Positions 36,601-46,588 of a DNA stretch of 64,000 nt are shown here, one piece after another (positions within the stretch are counted from its first letter, which is position 1; every line of letters starts with the position of its first letter). Origin of the DNA: Escherichia coli (GTDB lineage Bacteria; Pseudomonadota; Gammaproteobacteria; Enterobacterales; Enterobacteriaceae); assembly GCF_044324875.1 (NCBI RefSeq), contig NZ_CP172185.1; one strand, given 5' to 3'. Position numbers and translations under genes: made by a program. Under the pieces are notes generated by a model. That model was given only the letters and a program-made list of their open reading frames with translations. It was not told the DNA's origin and ran no database searches.

Positions 36601-37147
36601 ATCCCTCCTGTCGCGAAAAATGGCCTGCGTTATTGCCAGACGTAATAAAACTTTTGATTAACGTTTCTCGTACTGGTAGCACCTTCATGTACTTTTCTTT
36701 TTTACGAAAAATCAAAAGAGCTAACAAAGGTCATAATTCGCATGAATCATTAATTATTTGTTATTTTCAACATTATTTTTACATTAAGCAGAGATGAATT
36801 GCAGTGAAATTCGACTTAACTTTTATGAAATGCATTTACTCATGGCTAAAGCCACGTCACAAAAATGCAAATTAGAAGTAGATCACAAATATCTCAATAC
36901 ATCAAATCAAGTTAATTTTAAAAATTTAATATTCATGACATTAGTTGACATAACACACTGAATTATAATGAGAATTTGAAAACACACTTTAAACAATCAT
37001 TTCCCGAAAGACATTTTGAAAATAGATCAATTGCAACATTACGGTCAGATAAAGACACTCCTGTGATATTAAACCTGTGCCGTTATGAACGGCCATAAAT
37101 ACGACGTGTGTAACTTATTTTACTCTCTGTCTTACAAAGGATTACCC

Positions 37148-37597
37148 ATGAAGAAAGCAACACTTGTGATTGGCGTTATTGGCGCGGACTGCCATGCAGT
37201 AGGCAATAAAGTTCTGGACCGCGTTTTTAGCAACCATGGCTTCAGAGTCATTAATCTGGGCGTAATGGTCAGCCAGGACGAATATATTGATGCTGCCATT
37301 GAAACTGGTGCTGACGCGATTGTCGTCTCCTCTATCTATGGGCATGGCGATATCGATTGTCTGGGCATGCGCGAACGCTGCATTGAGCGTGGGCTGGGTA
37401 ACATCCTGCTCTATGTGGGCGGTAACCTGGTGGTCGGAAAACATGACTTCGCTGACGTGGAAACCAAGTTCAAAGAGATGGGATTTGATCGCGTCTTTGC
37501 CCCAAGTCATGACTTAGAAGATGTTTGTCAGCTGATGGCCCACGATATCAACCAACGTCATGACGTTGATACTCGCATTCTTGAAGAGGCAATCTGA
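37148..37597 (+). CDS. glmS: Glutamate mutase (methylaspartate mutase) S subunit, B12-binding
   Basis: B12-binding motif (GADCHAVG) and strong resemblance to clostridial GlmS/MutS; start at the ATG at 37148 (149 aa). Confidence 0.85.
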   Translation: MKKATLVIGVIGADCHAVGNKVLDRVFSNHGFRVINLGVMVSQDEYIDAAIETGADAIVVSSIYGHGDIDCLGMRERCIERGLGNILLYVGGNLVVGKHDFADVETKFKEMGFDRVFAPSHDLEDVCQLMAHDINQRHDVDTRILEEAI

Positions 37598-38985
37598 TGC
37601 AAATCGTCTCTGTCGATATTGGATCGACGTGGACCAAAGCAGCCCTCTTCGCCCGGGAGGGGGACGCGTTAACGTTGGTTAACCACGTACTGACCCCAAC
37701 CACCACCCATCATCTGGCGAAGGGTTTTTTCTCCAGCCTGAACCTGGTGTTAAACGTAGATAATGCCCTCCCCCTGTTTAACAACGGTGAGGTTGCATTG
37801 AAGTATTCCTCCTCTGCCAAAGGTGGGCTGGCGGTTGCCGCAATGGGGTTGGTGCCATCTATCACCCTGGAAACCGCGAAAGTAACCGCTCACTCTGCGG
37901 GGGCTAAAATTGCGCAATATTACGCCTACAAGCTGAACCGCCGTGATATCCAGGCACTGGAAGAAACGCAGCCCGATATTCTCTTGTTCACCGGCGGCAC
38001 CGACGGCGGAGAAGAAAGCTACGGCCTGAATAACGCCCGTGTGCTGGCAGAATCCAAACTCGACTGCGCCATTATTTATGCCGGAAACCGGGATATTCAG
38101 GACGAGGTGCAGGAGATCCTAGGGCATAAAGACCTGACCATCGTCGACAACGTTCTGCCCGATCTTGACCATCCGAACCCTTTAGCTGCACGCCAGGCTA
38201 TCTGCGACATATTCCTTAAACGCATCGTTAAAGGGAAAGGGCTGGATGTCATTGTTGATAAAACAGGCGAAGAACCAATGCCGACACCATGGACGGTCTT
38301 TGAACTGGTTAAGGCAATCAGTAACGTCGATCACAGCTGGAAAGAGTTCATGCTGATCGACATGGGCGGCGCAACCACCGATGTCTATTCAGCCTGTGCC
38401 AACACGCTCTCGCCCGACACCGTTTTACACGGCGTACCGGAACCCTTCGTGAAACGGACGGTGGAAGGCGATCTGGGAATGCGCGTCTCGGCAATGGTGG
38501 TTGGTGAAAGTGCGAAAGAGTTAGTCAATGTGAATTTTGCTCAGCAACCCGCACAGCTGGACGCTTTTTATCATTACCTCCGTCATCTAGTCGCTCATCC
38601 CGACTACTTACCCGCGAATGTAGAAGAAAAATATTTCGATACCGTCCTGGCCGGACTGTGTGTGGGTTATGCCACCGAAAGACATGCGGGCACCAAAAAA
38701 GAGGTCTGCACCTGCGTCGGCAATGTCGATTTACAGATGGGACGTGACCTGACAACCGTGCGTAAAGTCGTCGGATCCGGCGGATGGCTCTCGCGTGCCA
38801 GTCAGTTCGATATGCATCACTGGTTGAAATACCGCGAGTTAAACGACGACGGTAAACGCATTCTCTTACCGACCGAATTTGAATATTACCGCGATTCCCG
38901 GGGGCTATTACCACTGCTGGCAAACGTCGCCAGAGTCGATCCGCTGGCCGCCGCGCGCACCAGTATTCAATGCTTAACCCTATAA
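37597..38985 (+). CDS. glmL: Glutamate mutase-associated protein L (MutL/GlmL)
   Basis: 462 aa; start overlaps the glmS stop (TGATG); position between S and E subunits as in clostridial operons. Confidence 0.75.
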   Translation: MQIVSVDIGSTWTKAALFAREGDALTLVNHVLTPTTTHHLAKGFFSSLNLVLNVDNALPLFNNGEVALKYSSSAKGGLAVAAMGLVPSITLETAKVTAHSAGAKIAQYYAYKLNRRDIQALEETQPDILLFTGGTDGGEESYGLNNARVLAESKLDCAIIYAGNRDIQDEVQEILGHKDLTIVDNVLPDLDHPNPLAARQAICDIFLKRIVKGKGLDVIVDKTGEEPMPTPWTVFELVKAISNVDHSWKEFMLIDMGGATTDVYSACANTLSPDTVLHGVPEPFVKRTVEGDLGMRVSAMVVGESAKELVNVNFAQQPAQLDAFYHYLRHLVAHPDYLPANVEEKYFDTVLAGLCVGYATERHAGTKKEVCTCVGNVDLQMGRDLTTVRKVVGSGGWLSRASQFDMHHWLKYRELNDDGKRILLPTEFEYYRDSRGLLPLLANVARVDPLAAARTSIQCLTL

Positions 38986-39003
38986 CAATTAAGGCTGCAA
39001 TCA

Positions 39004-40449
39004 ATGGAACTTCGAAATAAGAAATTAACCCATGACGAATTCATGACCGAGCGGCAACAGGTACTGAAAACCTGGGAAACCGGCAAGGATGTTGAAAACT
39101 TTGAAGATGGCGTTAAATACCAACAAACCATTCCTGAGCATAAACGCTTCTCTCTTGTGCTGTTGAAAGCAGACAAGGAAGGTAAAACCCTTAGCCAACC
39201 GCGCGCAGGTGTGGCGCTGATGGACGAACACATCGAACTACTGAAAACACTACAAGAAGAGTGCGATCTGCTGCCGAGCACTATCGATGCATATACCCGT
39301 CTGAATCGGTACGAAGAAGCGGCTGTAGGGATTAAAAAATCCATCGAAGCCGGAACCTCTAAACTGAACGGTTTACCGGTCGTTAACCACGGCGTCGCAG
39401 CTTGCCGTCGCCTCACCGAAACTTTGCAAAAACCGCTACAGATCCGCCACGGCACGCCAGATGCGCGTCTGCTGGCTGAAATCTCGATGTCCAGCGGCTT
39501 TACCAGTTATGAAGGCGGCGGCATTTCCTACAATATTCCGTATGCCAAGCGCGTAACGCTGGAAAAATCGATCCGCGACTGGCAGTACTGCGACCGTTTA
39601 ATGGGGATGTATGAAGAACACGGGATCCGCATCAACCGCGAACCGTTTGGCCCACTAACGGGTACGCTGATCCCGCCGTTTATCTCGCACTCTATCGCGA
39701 TAATCGAAGGCTTGCTGGCGCTGGAACAGGGTGTGAAATCTATCACCGTTGGTTATGGACAGGTCGGCAGCCTGACGCAGGATGTTGCGGCGATCCAGTC
39801 TCTGCGTGAACTTGCACACGAATATTTTCAGAGCTATGGCTATACCGACTATGAATTAAGTACCGTGTTTCACCAGTGGATGGGCGGCTTTCCGGAAGAC
39901 GAATCGAAAGCGTTCGCTATTATCTCCTGGGGCGCAGCCGTCGCGGGGATGTCTGGTGCCACCAAAGTCATCACCAAAAGTCCGCACGAAGCCTGGGGTA
40001 TCCCGACTGCCGCTGCCAACATTCAGGGGCTGAAAGCCTCCCGCCAGATGCTCAACATGGTCAACGAGCAGAAATTCCCGCCGTGCCCTGCGGTTGAACT
40101 GGAAATTGAACTGATTAAGAGCGAGGTTCGCGCGGTACTGAATAAAGTGTTCGAACTGGGTAATGGTGATATTGCGCGCGGTACGGTGCTGGCATTTGAA
40201 GCGGGCGTACTGGATGTGCCGTTTGCGCCAGCCGCCTGCAACGCGGGCAAAATTCTTCCGGTCCGTGACAACACCGGCGCGATACGCGTACTGGAAGCCG
40301 GAGCCGTTCCATTGCCAAAAGATATTCTCGACCTCCACCACGATTACGTTGCGGAACGCGCACGCTTTGAAGGACGCCAACCGACATTCCAGATGGTTGT
40401 AGATGACATCAATGCTGTATCCCACAGTAAATTAATAGGAAGACCATAA
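39004..40449 (+). CDS. glmE: Glutamate mutase (methylaspartate mutase) E subunit
   Basis: 481 aa; extended similarity to clostridial GlmE (LPSTIDAYTR, GGGISYN, TVFHQWMGGFP, FQMVVDDI). Confidence 0.88.
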   Translation: MELRNKKLTHDEFMTERQQVLKTWETGKDVENFEDGVKYQQTIPEHKRFSLVLLKADKEGKTLSQPRAGVALMDEHIELLKTLQEECDLLPSTIDAYTRLNRYEEAAVGIKKSIEAGTSKLNGLPVVNHGVAACRRLTETLQKPLQIRHGTPDARLLAEISMSSGFTSYEGGGISYNIPYAKRVTLEKSIRDWQYCDRLMGMYEEHGIRINREPFGPLTGTLIPPFISHSIAIIEGLLALEQGVKSITVGYGQVGSLTQDVAAIQSLRELAHEYFQSYGYTDYELSTVFHQWMGGFPEDESKAFAIISWGAAVAGMSGATKVITKSPHEAWGIPTAAANIQGLKASRQMLNMVNEQKFPPCPAVELEIELIKSEVRAVLNKVFELGNGDIARGTVLAFEAGVLDVPFAPAACNAGKILPVRDNTGAIRVLEAGAVPLPKDILDLHHDYVAERARFEGRQPTFQMVVDDINAVSHSKLIGRP

Positions 40450-41690
40450 TGAAAATAAAACAGGCTCTGTTCACCGCTGGCTACTCCTCATTCTATTTCG
40501 ATGACCAGCAGGCGATAAAAAACGGAGCGGGTCACGACGGTTTTTTTTATACCGGGGAGCCGGTAACACAGGGGTTTAACGCCGTTCGTCAGGCCGGGGA
40601 GTGCGTATCGGTACAGTTGATTCTGGAAAACGGCGCGGTCGCCGTAGGTGACTGTGCTGCCGTACAGTATTCCGGGGCAGGTGGTCGCGATCCACTGTTC
40701 CTCGCAGAGCACTTTATTCCGTTCCTCAACGACCATATCAAGCCATTACTGGTAGGCCGCGATGTGGATGCTTTCCTGCCGAATGCCCGTTTCTTCGACA
40801 AATTGCGTATTGACGGCAACTTGCTGCATACCGCCGTGCGCTACGGATTATCACAGGCGCTGCTTGATGCTACCGCGCTGGCAACCGGCCGTCTGAAAAC
40901 TGAAGTGGTCTGTGATGAATGGCAGTTGCCACGCGTGGCGGAATCCATTCCATTATTTGGTCAGAGCGGCGACGATCGATATATCGCCGTCGATAAGATG
41001 ATCCTTAAGGGCATCGACGTGCTGCCCCATGCGCTGATTAATAACGTCGAAGAGAAGCTGGGCTTTAAAGGTGAAAAACTGCGCGAATATGTCCGCTGGC
41101 TGTCGGATCGTATTCTGAGCAAGCGCACCAGCGCACGCTACCACCCTACCCTGCACATCGATGTATACGGCACTATCGGTCTGATCTTCGATATGGATCC
41201 GCTTCGCTGTGCGCAATACATCGCCAGCCTGGAAAAAGAAGCGCAAGGCCTGCCGCTCTACATTGAAGGGCCGGTCGATGCTGGTAACAAGCCCGATCAA
41301 ATTCGCCTGCTGACCGCGATTACCAAAGAGCTGACACGCCTCGGTTCCGGCGTGAAAATTGTGGCCGATGAATGGTGTAACACCTACCAGGATATTGTTG
41401 ATTTCACAGATGCCGCCAGTTGCCACATGGTGCAAATCAAAACCCCGGATCTGGGCAGTATTCACAACATCGTCGATGCAGTTCTTTATTGCAACAGCCA
41501 CAGCATGGAAGCGTACCAGGGCGGCACCTGCAATGAAACTGATGTCAGTGCCCGCACCTGTGTCCACGTCGCCCTTGCCGCTCGCCCCATGCGTATGCTG
41601 GTAAAACCAGGGATGGGCTTTGACGAAGGCCTCGATATCGTCTTCAACGAAATGAATCGTACTATCGCGCTGTTGCAGGCTAAGGATTAA
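40449..41690 (+). CDS. mal: 3-methylaspartate ammonia-lyase
   Basis: 413 aa, enolase-superfamily-like; start overlaps the glmE stop (TAATG); typical MAL length. Confidence 0.8.
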   Translation: MKIKQALFTAGYSSFYFDDQQAIKNGAGHDGFFYTGEPVTQGFNAVRQAGECVSVQLILENGAVAVGDCAAVQYSGAGGRDPLFLAEHFIPFLNDHIKPLLVGRDVDAFLPNARFFDKLRIDGNLLHTAVRYGLSQALLDATALATGRLKTEVVCDEWQLPRVAESIPLFGQSGDDRYIAVDKMILKGIDVLPHALINNVEEKLGFKGEKLREYVRWLSDRILSKRTSARYHPTLHIDVYGTIGLIFDMDPLRCAQYIASLEKEAQGLPLYIEGPVDAGNKPDQIRLLTAITKELTRLGSGVKIVADEWCNTYQDIVDFTDAASCHMVQIKTPDLGSIHNIVDAVLYCNSHSMEAYQGGTCNETDVSARTCVHVALAARPMRMLVKPGMGFDEGLDIVFNEMNRTIALLQAKD

Positions 41691-41693
41691 CAA

Positions 41694-43064
41694 ATGGCTC
41701 GTTCTTTTAAAGTCTTATCGCCAACGGCAATCCTCGGGTATGGATTCCCGGAAGAGAGCTTCCGTAAAGCGATGGCAGAATCGCCCGATCTGATCGCCGT
41801 TGATGCAGGCTCTTCCGATCCAGGCCCCCACTACCTCGGGGCAGGCAAACCGTTTACCGATCGCGCAGGGGTCAAGCGCGATCTGCGCTATATGATCACC
41901 GCAGGCGTGCAAAATAATATACCGGTGGTGATCGGAACGGCTGGCGGTTCTGGTGCCGCACCACACCTGGAGTGGTGCCGAGAAATAATTCATGAGATTG
42001 CCCGGGAAGAGCAACTCGCGTTCTCGATGGCGCTGATCCCGGCAGACGTTGACAAAGCCATCGTCCACCAGGCGCTGGATAACGGCAAAATCACGGCGCT
42101 GGATTTTGTCCCGCCGTTAACCCACGACGCGATTGACGAAAGTACGTATATCGTCGCGCAAATGGGCATCGAACCCTTCCAGCGGGCGCTGAAAGAAGGC
42201 GCGCAAGTGGTGCTGGGCGGGCGCGCTTACGACCCGGCCTGCTTTGCTGCGCTACCGATCATGCAAGGCTTTGATGAAGGTCTGGCGCTGCATTGTGGGA
42301 AAATCCTTGAATGCGCGGCAATCGCCGCAACGCCCGGCTCAGGCTCTGACTGTGCGATGGGCATCATTGATGACAACGGCTTTACGCTGAAGACATTTAA
42401 TCCGAAGCGTAAATTTACCGAAACGTCAGCGGCTGCACACACACTGTATGAGAAATCCGATCCCTACTTCCTGCCTGGACCTGGCGGCGTGTTGAACCTG
42501 AAAGGCTGCACATTTAAAGCGGTCAATGACGGCGAAGTGTACGTCAGCGGTTCTAAGTATGAAGAAACGCCGTATTCCCTGAAACTGGAAGGTGCGCGAC
42601 GGGTGGGCTTCCGCTGTCTGACCATCGCAGGAACGCGCGACCCGATCATGATCGCCGGGATCGATAAAATCATTGATGAAGTCAAAACCAGCGTTTCGCG
42701 TAACCTGTCGCTCGACGATGACAGTATTCACATCAATTTCCACCTGTACGGCAAAAACGGGGTGATGGGCGACCATGAACCGATGCAAACTGCCGGGCAT
42801 GAGCTGGGGATTGTCCTTGATGTAGTTGCACCGACCCAGGAAATTGCCAATAGCGTTTGCTCGCTGGTGCGCTCTACCATGCTGCACTACGGCTATGAAA
42901 ACCGCATCGCTACCGCAGGTAATCTGGCGTTCCCGTTCTCCCCTTCTGATATCCAGGGCGGGCCGGTATACGAATTTTCCATATATCACCTGATTGAAGC
43001 CAACGACGCTCTGCGTTTTGATTTCCATATTGAACAGGTGACGCCAGAAGGAGTTCAGGCATGA
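41694..43064 (+). CDS. Conserved protein of unknown function, resembling the DUF1446 (AtuA-like) family
   Basis: 456-aa ORF starting 4 nt after the mal stop; family assignment from memory, not searched. Confidence 0.6.
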   Translation: MARSFKVLSPTAILGYGFPEESFRKAMAESPDLIAVDAGSSDPGPHYLGAGKPFTDRAGVKRDLRYMITAGVQNNIPVVIGTAGGSGAAPHLEWCREIIHEIAREEQLAFSMALIPADVDKAIVHQALDNGKITALDFVPPLTHDAIDESTYIVAQMGIEPFQRALKEGAQVVLGGRAYDPACFAALPIMQGFDEGLALHCGKILECAAIAATPGSGSDCAMGIIDDNGFTLKTFNPKRKFTETSAAAHTLYEKSDPYFLPGPGGVLNLKGCTFKAVNDGEVYVSGSKYEETPYSLKLEGARRVGFRCLTIAGTRDPIMIAGIDKIIDEVKTSVSRNLSLDDDSIHINFHLYGKNGVMGDHEPMQTAGHELGIVLDVVAPTQEIANSVCSLVRSTMLHYGYENRIATAGNLAFPFSPSDIQGGPVYEFSIYHLIEANDALRFDFHIEQVTPEGVQA

Positions 43065-43378
43065 AACAGTCAATTGTCTCACTGGCGCAAGTCATTCGTT
43101 CGAAAAATGCCGGACCTTACGAACTGGTTTTAGATATTTTATTTAAAACCAAAGAAAACTATGAGCGAGTTAAATCATCAGGGCAATTAACCCCAGAACT
43201 GATTGCGCGCTTATATCATGTTGAACCTGACTTTATTCATCGTATTGTCTGGTTTGATCCTTCTAACGCAGTAAAAATCGTCATGCCACGAGATATTATC
43301 TCCGGGAATGTAGGTGACAATGATGTCTATGGTGCACAGCAACATGCACCTTTATTAAATATGAGTTTCGATTTGTAA
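43061..43378 (+). CDS. Small conserved protein of unknown function (105 aa), likely the DUF4387-type partner
   Basis: ATGA overlap with the preceding gene; size and pairing typical of DUF1446/DUF4387 gene pairs as I recall them. Confidence 0.55.
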   Translation: MKQSIVSLAQVIRSKNAGPYELVLDILFKTKENYERVKSSGQLTPELIARLYHVEPDFIHRIVWFDPSNAVKIVMPRDIISGNVGDNDVYGAQQHAPLLNMSFDL

Positions 43379-43461
43379 AAATCCGAATACTTTTAGCCAA
43401 CTGACATCCCGTCACTTATTGCAGTTCAACACTTCAGCTATTTGTAAGGTTGTAATAGCAG

Positions 43462-43493
43462 GTAGATGCCTGAATCTCTATTCAGACATCTAC
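43462..43493 (+). terminator. Strong hairpin (gtagatg-ctgaat…attcag-catctac) with partial U-tract, between the DUF pair and the transporter
   Basis: 13-bp stem with one mismatch followed by ttctcctgattctgattt; seen directly. Confidence 0.45.
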
Positions 43494-43538
43494 TTCTCCT
43501 GATTCTGATTTATCGCCGTGCACCTGATGGAGGAAAAA

Positions 43539-44819
43539 ATGAAGAAAATAAGTTTAACCACGATGATTCTTTTGGCACTGGTACTTGGAATGATTATCGG
43601 CGTAGTGCTCAATAACACTGCTTCACCGGAAACCGCAAAACTCTATGCGCAAGAAATATCGATATTCACGACGATTTTCTTACGACTGATAAAAATGATT
43701 ATCGCTCCGTTAGTGGTCTCTACCCTGGTGGTAGGTATAGCTAAAATGGGCGATGCCAAAGCCCTTGGTCGTATTTTTTCTAAAACACTCTTTTTATTTA
43801 TTTGCGCCTCATTGCTGTCAATTGCCTTAGGCTTGATAACAGTAAATTTCTTCATGCCAGGCACAGGAATTAATTTTGTTGCACACGGAGCCGAAACCAC
43901 CGGAGTGGTCGCGTCAGAACCCTTTACGCTAAAAGTATTTATTTCGCATGCTTTCCCCACCAGCATTGTCGATGCCATGGCGCACAATGAAATTTTGCAA
44001 ATCGTAGTGTTCTCAATTTTCCTCGGCTGTAGCCTGACGGCGATTGGCGAGAAAGGCAGCGCCATCGTTCACGCCTTAGATTCGCTGGCACATGCCATGT
44101 TAAAGCTCACTGGCTACGTCATGCTCTTCGCTCCCCTGACCGTATTCGCCGCTATTTCAGCATTGATTGCTGAACGAGGACTGGCAGTTATGGTGAGCGC
44201 CGGGATCTTTATGGGTGAATTTTATTTCACCATGTTGTTACTTTGGGTGCTGCTTATCGGTCTGGCCATCGTTTATGTCGGCCCCTGCATCAGACGCCTG
44301 ACCCGCGCCCTTTCGGAACCCGCTCTGCTGGCATTTACCACATCCAGTTCTGAAGCGGCTTTTCCGGGAACGCTTGAAAAACTGGAGCAATTTGGCGTTT
44401 CCCCCAAAATTGCCAGCTTTGTCTTACCCATTGGCTACTCATTTAATCTCGTTGGATCAATGGCCTACTGCTCCTTCGCCACAGTTTTCATCGCCCAGGC
44501 CTGCAATATCCATTTATCCATCGGTGAGCAAATCACCATGCTGTTGATCCTGATGTTGACCTCGAAAGGAATGGCTGGCGTACCACGCGCCTCAATGGTG
44601 GTTATCGCCGCCACGCTCAACCAGTTCAATATTCCGGAAGCGGGGCTGATCTTGCTGATGGGCGTTGATCCGTTCCTTGATATGGGGCGTTCCGCGACAA
44701 ACGTCATGAGCAACGCAATGGGCGCTGCGATGGTGAGTCGGTGGGAAGGCGAACATTTCGGCGAGGGTTGTCGGGGTAAAGCATTAAAACCCAATGAATC
44801 GAACGTTGCTCTGCCCTGA
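43539..44819 (+). CDS. Dicarboxylate/amino-acid:cation symporter (GltP/DctA-like)
   Basis: Polytopic membrane protein with DAACS-like motifs; GGAGG RBS before the ATG at 43539 (426 aa). Confidence 0.8.
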   Translation: MKKISLTTMILLALVLGMIIGVVLNNTASPETAKLYAQEISIFTTIFLRLIKMIIAPLVVSTLVVGIAKMGDAKALGRIFSKTLFLFICASLLSIALGLITVNFFMPGTGINFVAHGAETTGVVASEPFTLKVFISHAFPTSIVDAMAHNEILQIVVFSIFLGCSLTAIGEKGSAIVHALDSLAHAMLKLTGYVMLFAPLTVFAAISALIAERGLAVMVSAGIFMGEFYFTMLLLWVLLIGLAIVYVGPCIRRLTRALSEPALLAFTTSSSEAAFPGTLEKLEQFGVSPKIASFVLPIGYSFNLVGSMAYCSFATVFIAQACNIHLSIGEQITMLLILMLTSKGMAGVPRASMVVIAATLNQFNIPEAGLILLMGVDPFLDMGRSATNVMSNAMGAAMVSRWEGEHFGEGCRGKALKPNESNVALP

Positions 44820-44926
44820 GGGGGATCTTAAGCAATCAGAAGCCAATGACTACGCATTTTTATAAGCCGGATCATGAAGTTAGACGGCAATTAAGTAACA
44901 CTAACGTTTAAGGTGAAAAGTGAAAT

Positions 44927-46579
44927 ATGTCCAAACCATTTATCTGGCAAGAACCGTTTCTACAAAATAAAGACGGTACAGAATATACATTAATTAGCGA
45001 TCAACATATTACAGTAACGGAATTAGACGGCGAAGAAGTGATAAAAATCGCTCCTGAAGCATTAACGCTGCTTGCCCGGCAGGCATTTTATGAAGCCTCT
45101 TTTTTCTTACGTTCCGCTCATTTGCAACAGGTCGCCAGCATTCTTAACGATCCGCAGGCCAGTAGTAATGATAAATACGTTGCGTTGCAGTTATTACGTA
45201 ATGCTGAAGTCTCAGCAAAAGGGGTATTACCCAACTGTCAGGATACCGGCACCGCAACTATTGTTGCCAGTAAAGGGCAACAGATATGGACGGGAGGTAA
45301 CGACGCTGAAGCCTTAAGCAAAGGCATTTACAGTACTTTCCAGGAAAATAATCTGCGCTTTTCACAAAATGCGCCGCTGGATATGTATACCGAAGTCAAT
45401 ACGCAAACCAATCTCCCGGCGCAGATTGATATCAGCGCTGTCGCTGGTAATGAGTACCATTTTCTCTGTGTTAATAAAGGGGGCGGCTCCGCCAATAAAG
45501 CCGCACTTTATCAGGAAACCAAATCCTTATTGCAACCAGAAAAACTGACCGCATTTTTAATCGAAAAAATGAAATCGCTGGGCACCGCTGCCTGCCCGCC
45601 TTACCACATCGCCTTTGTCGTCGGAGGGCTTTCAGCCGATCAAACCTTAAAAGTTGCCAAGCTGGCCTCTACGAAATATTACGACAATTTGCCCACCAGC
45701 GGAAACGAGCAGGGACAAGCATTCCGTGATATTGAGCTGGAAAAAGTGTTGCTCGAGGTCAGTCAGCAATTTGGTATTGGTGCGCAATTTGGGGGTAAAT
45801 ATTTCGCTCATGATATTCGCGTCATTCGTCTGCCGCGTCACGGTGGCTCTTGCCCGATAGCTATGACGCTCTCCTGTTCTGCCGATCGCAATATCAAAGC
45901 AAAAATTAACAAGCACGGTATCTGGCTGGAAAAACTCGAACACAATCCGGGGCAATATATTCCAGCCTCACTGCGGGAAGAAAATCACGCGCAACATGTA
46001 CAACTGGATCTAAACCGTCCGTTGCGTGACGTGATGCAGGATCTCGCCAGATTACCGGTAGGCACCCGCGTGTCGTTAAGTGGTCCCATCGTAGTGGCAC
46101 GCGATATCGCCCACGCCAAAATAAAAGCGCGGCTGGATAACGCCGAACCGATGCCGGATTACCTGAAGCATCATATTGTCTATTACGCTGGCCCGGCGAA
46201 AACACCGGAGAACATGGCCTGCGGTTCACTGGGTCCAACCACGGGCGGTCGAATGGACGGTTATGTCGATACCTTCCAGGCGGCTGGCGGCAGTCTGGTG
46301 ATGTTATCGAAAGGTAACCGCAGCCAGCAGGTCACCGATGCCTGTCACAAACATGGTGGCTTCAATCTGGGTAGTATTGGCGGTGCAGCTGCGTTACTGG
46401 CGCAAGAATATGTCAAAAGTCTGCGTTGCCTGGAATACCCGGAGCTGGGTATGGAAGCGGTGTGGATGATGGAAGTGGAAAATCTGCCCGCATTCATCCT
46501 GGTAGATGATAAAGGCAATAATTTCTTTAGTCAGTTTGAGCAGCAACACCGCTGCGCCAGTTGCCCTGCGGGACATTAA
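44927..46579 (+). CDS. fumD: Class I (Fe-S) fumarate hydratase paralogue; FumD-type mesaconase/fumarase
   Basis: 550 aa, alignable by eye with FumA along the whole length; clustering with glutamate mutase and methylaspartase matches published FumD. Confidence 0.8.
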   Translation: MSKPFIWQEPFLQNKDGTEYTLISDQHITVTELDGEEVIKIAPEALTLLARQAFYEASFFLRSAHLQQVASILNDPQASSNDKYVALQLLRNAEVSAKGVLPNCQDTGTATIVASKGQQIWTGGNDAEALSKGIYSTFQENNLRFSQNAPLDMYTEVNTQTNLPAQIDISAVAGNEYHFLCVNKGGGSANKAALYQETKSLLQPEKLTAFLIEKMKSLGTAACPPYHIAFVVGGLSADQTLKVAKLASTKYYDNLPTSGNEQGQAFRDIELEKVLLEVSQQFGIGAQFGGKYFAHDIRVIRLPRHGGSCPIAMTLSCSADRNIKAKINKHGIWLEKLEHNPGQYIPASLREENHAQHVQLDLNRPLRDVMQDLARLPVGTRVSLSGPIVVARDIAHAKIKARLDNAEPMPDYLKHHIVYYAGPAKTPENMACGSLGPTTGGRMDGYVDTFQAAGGSLVMLSKGNRSQQVTDACHKHGGFNLGSIGGAAALLAQEYVKSLRCLEYPELGMEAVWMMEVENLPAFILVDDKGNNFFSQFEQQHRCASCPAGH

Positions 46580-46588
46580 GGAAAATGA

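Noticed and set aside
36601-37147. Cobalamin riboswitch ahead of the B12-dependent glm operon
   Set aside because: The leader is uniformly AT-rich and lacks any GC-rich B12-box-like conserved core by eye; it needs a covariance-model scan to exclude formally.
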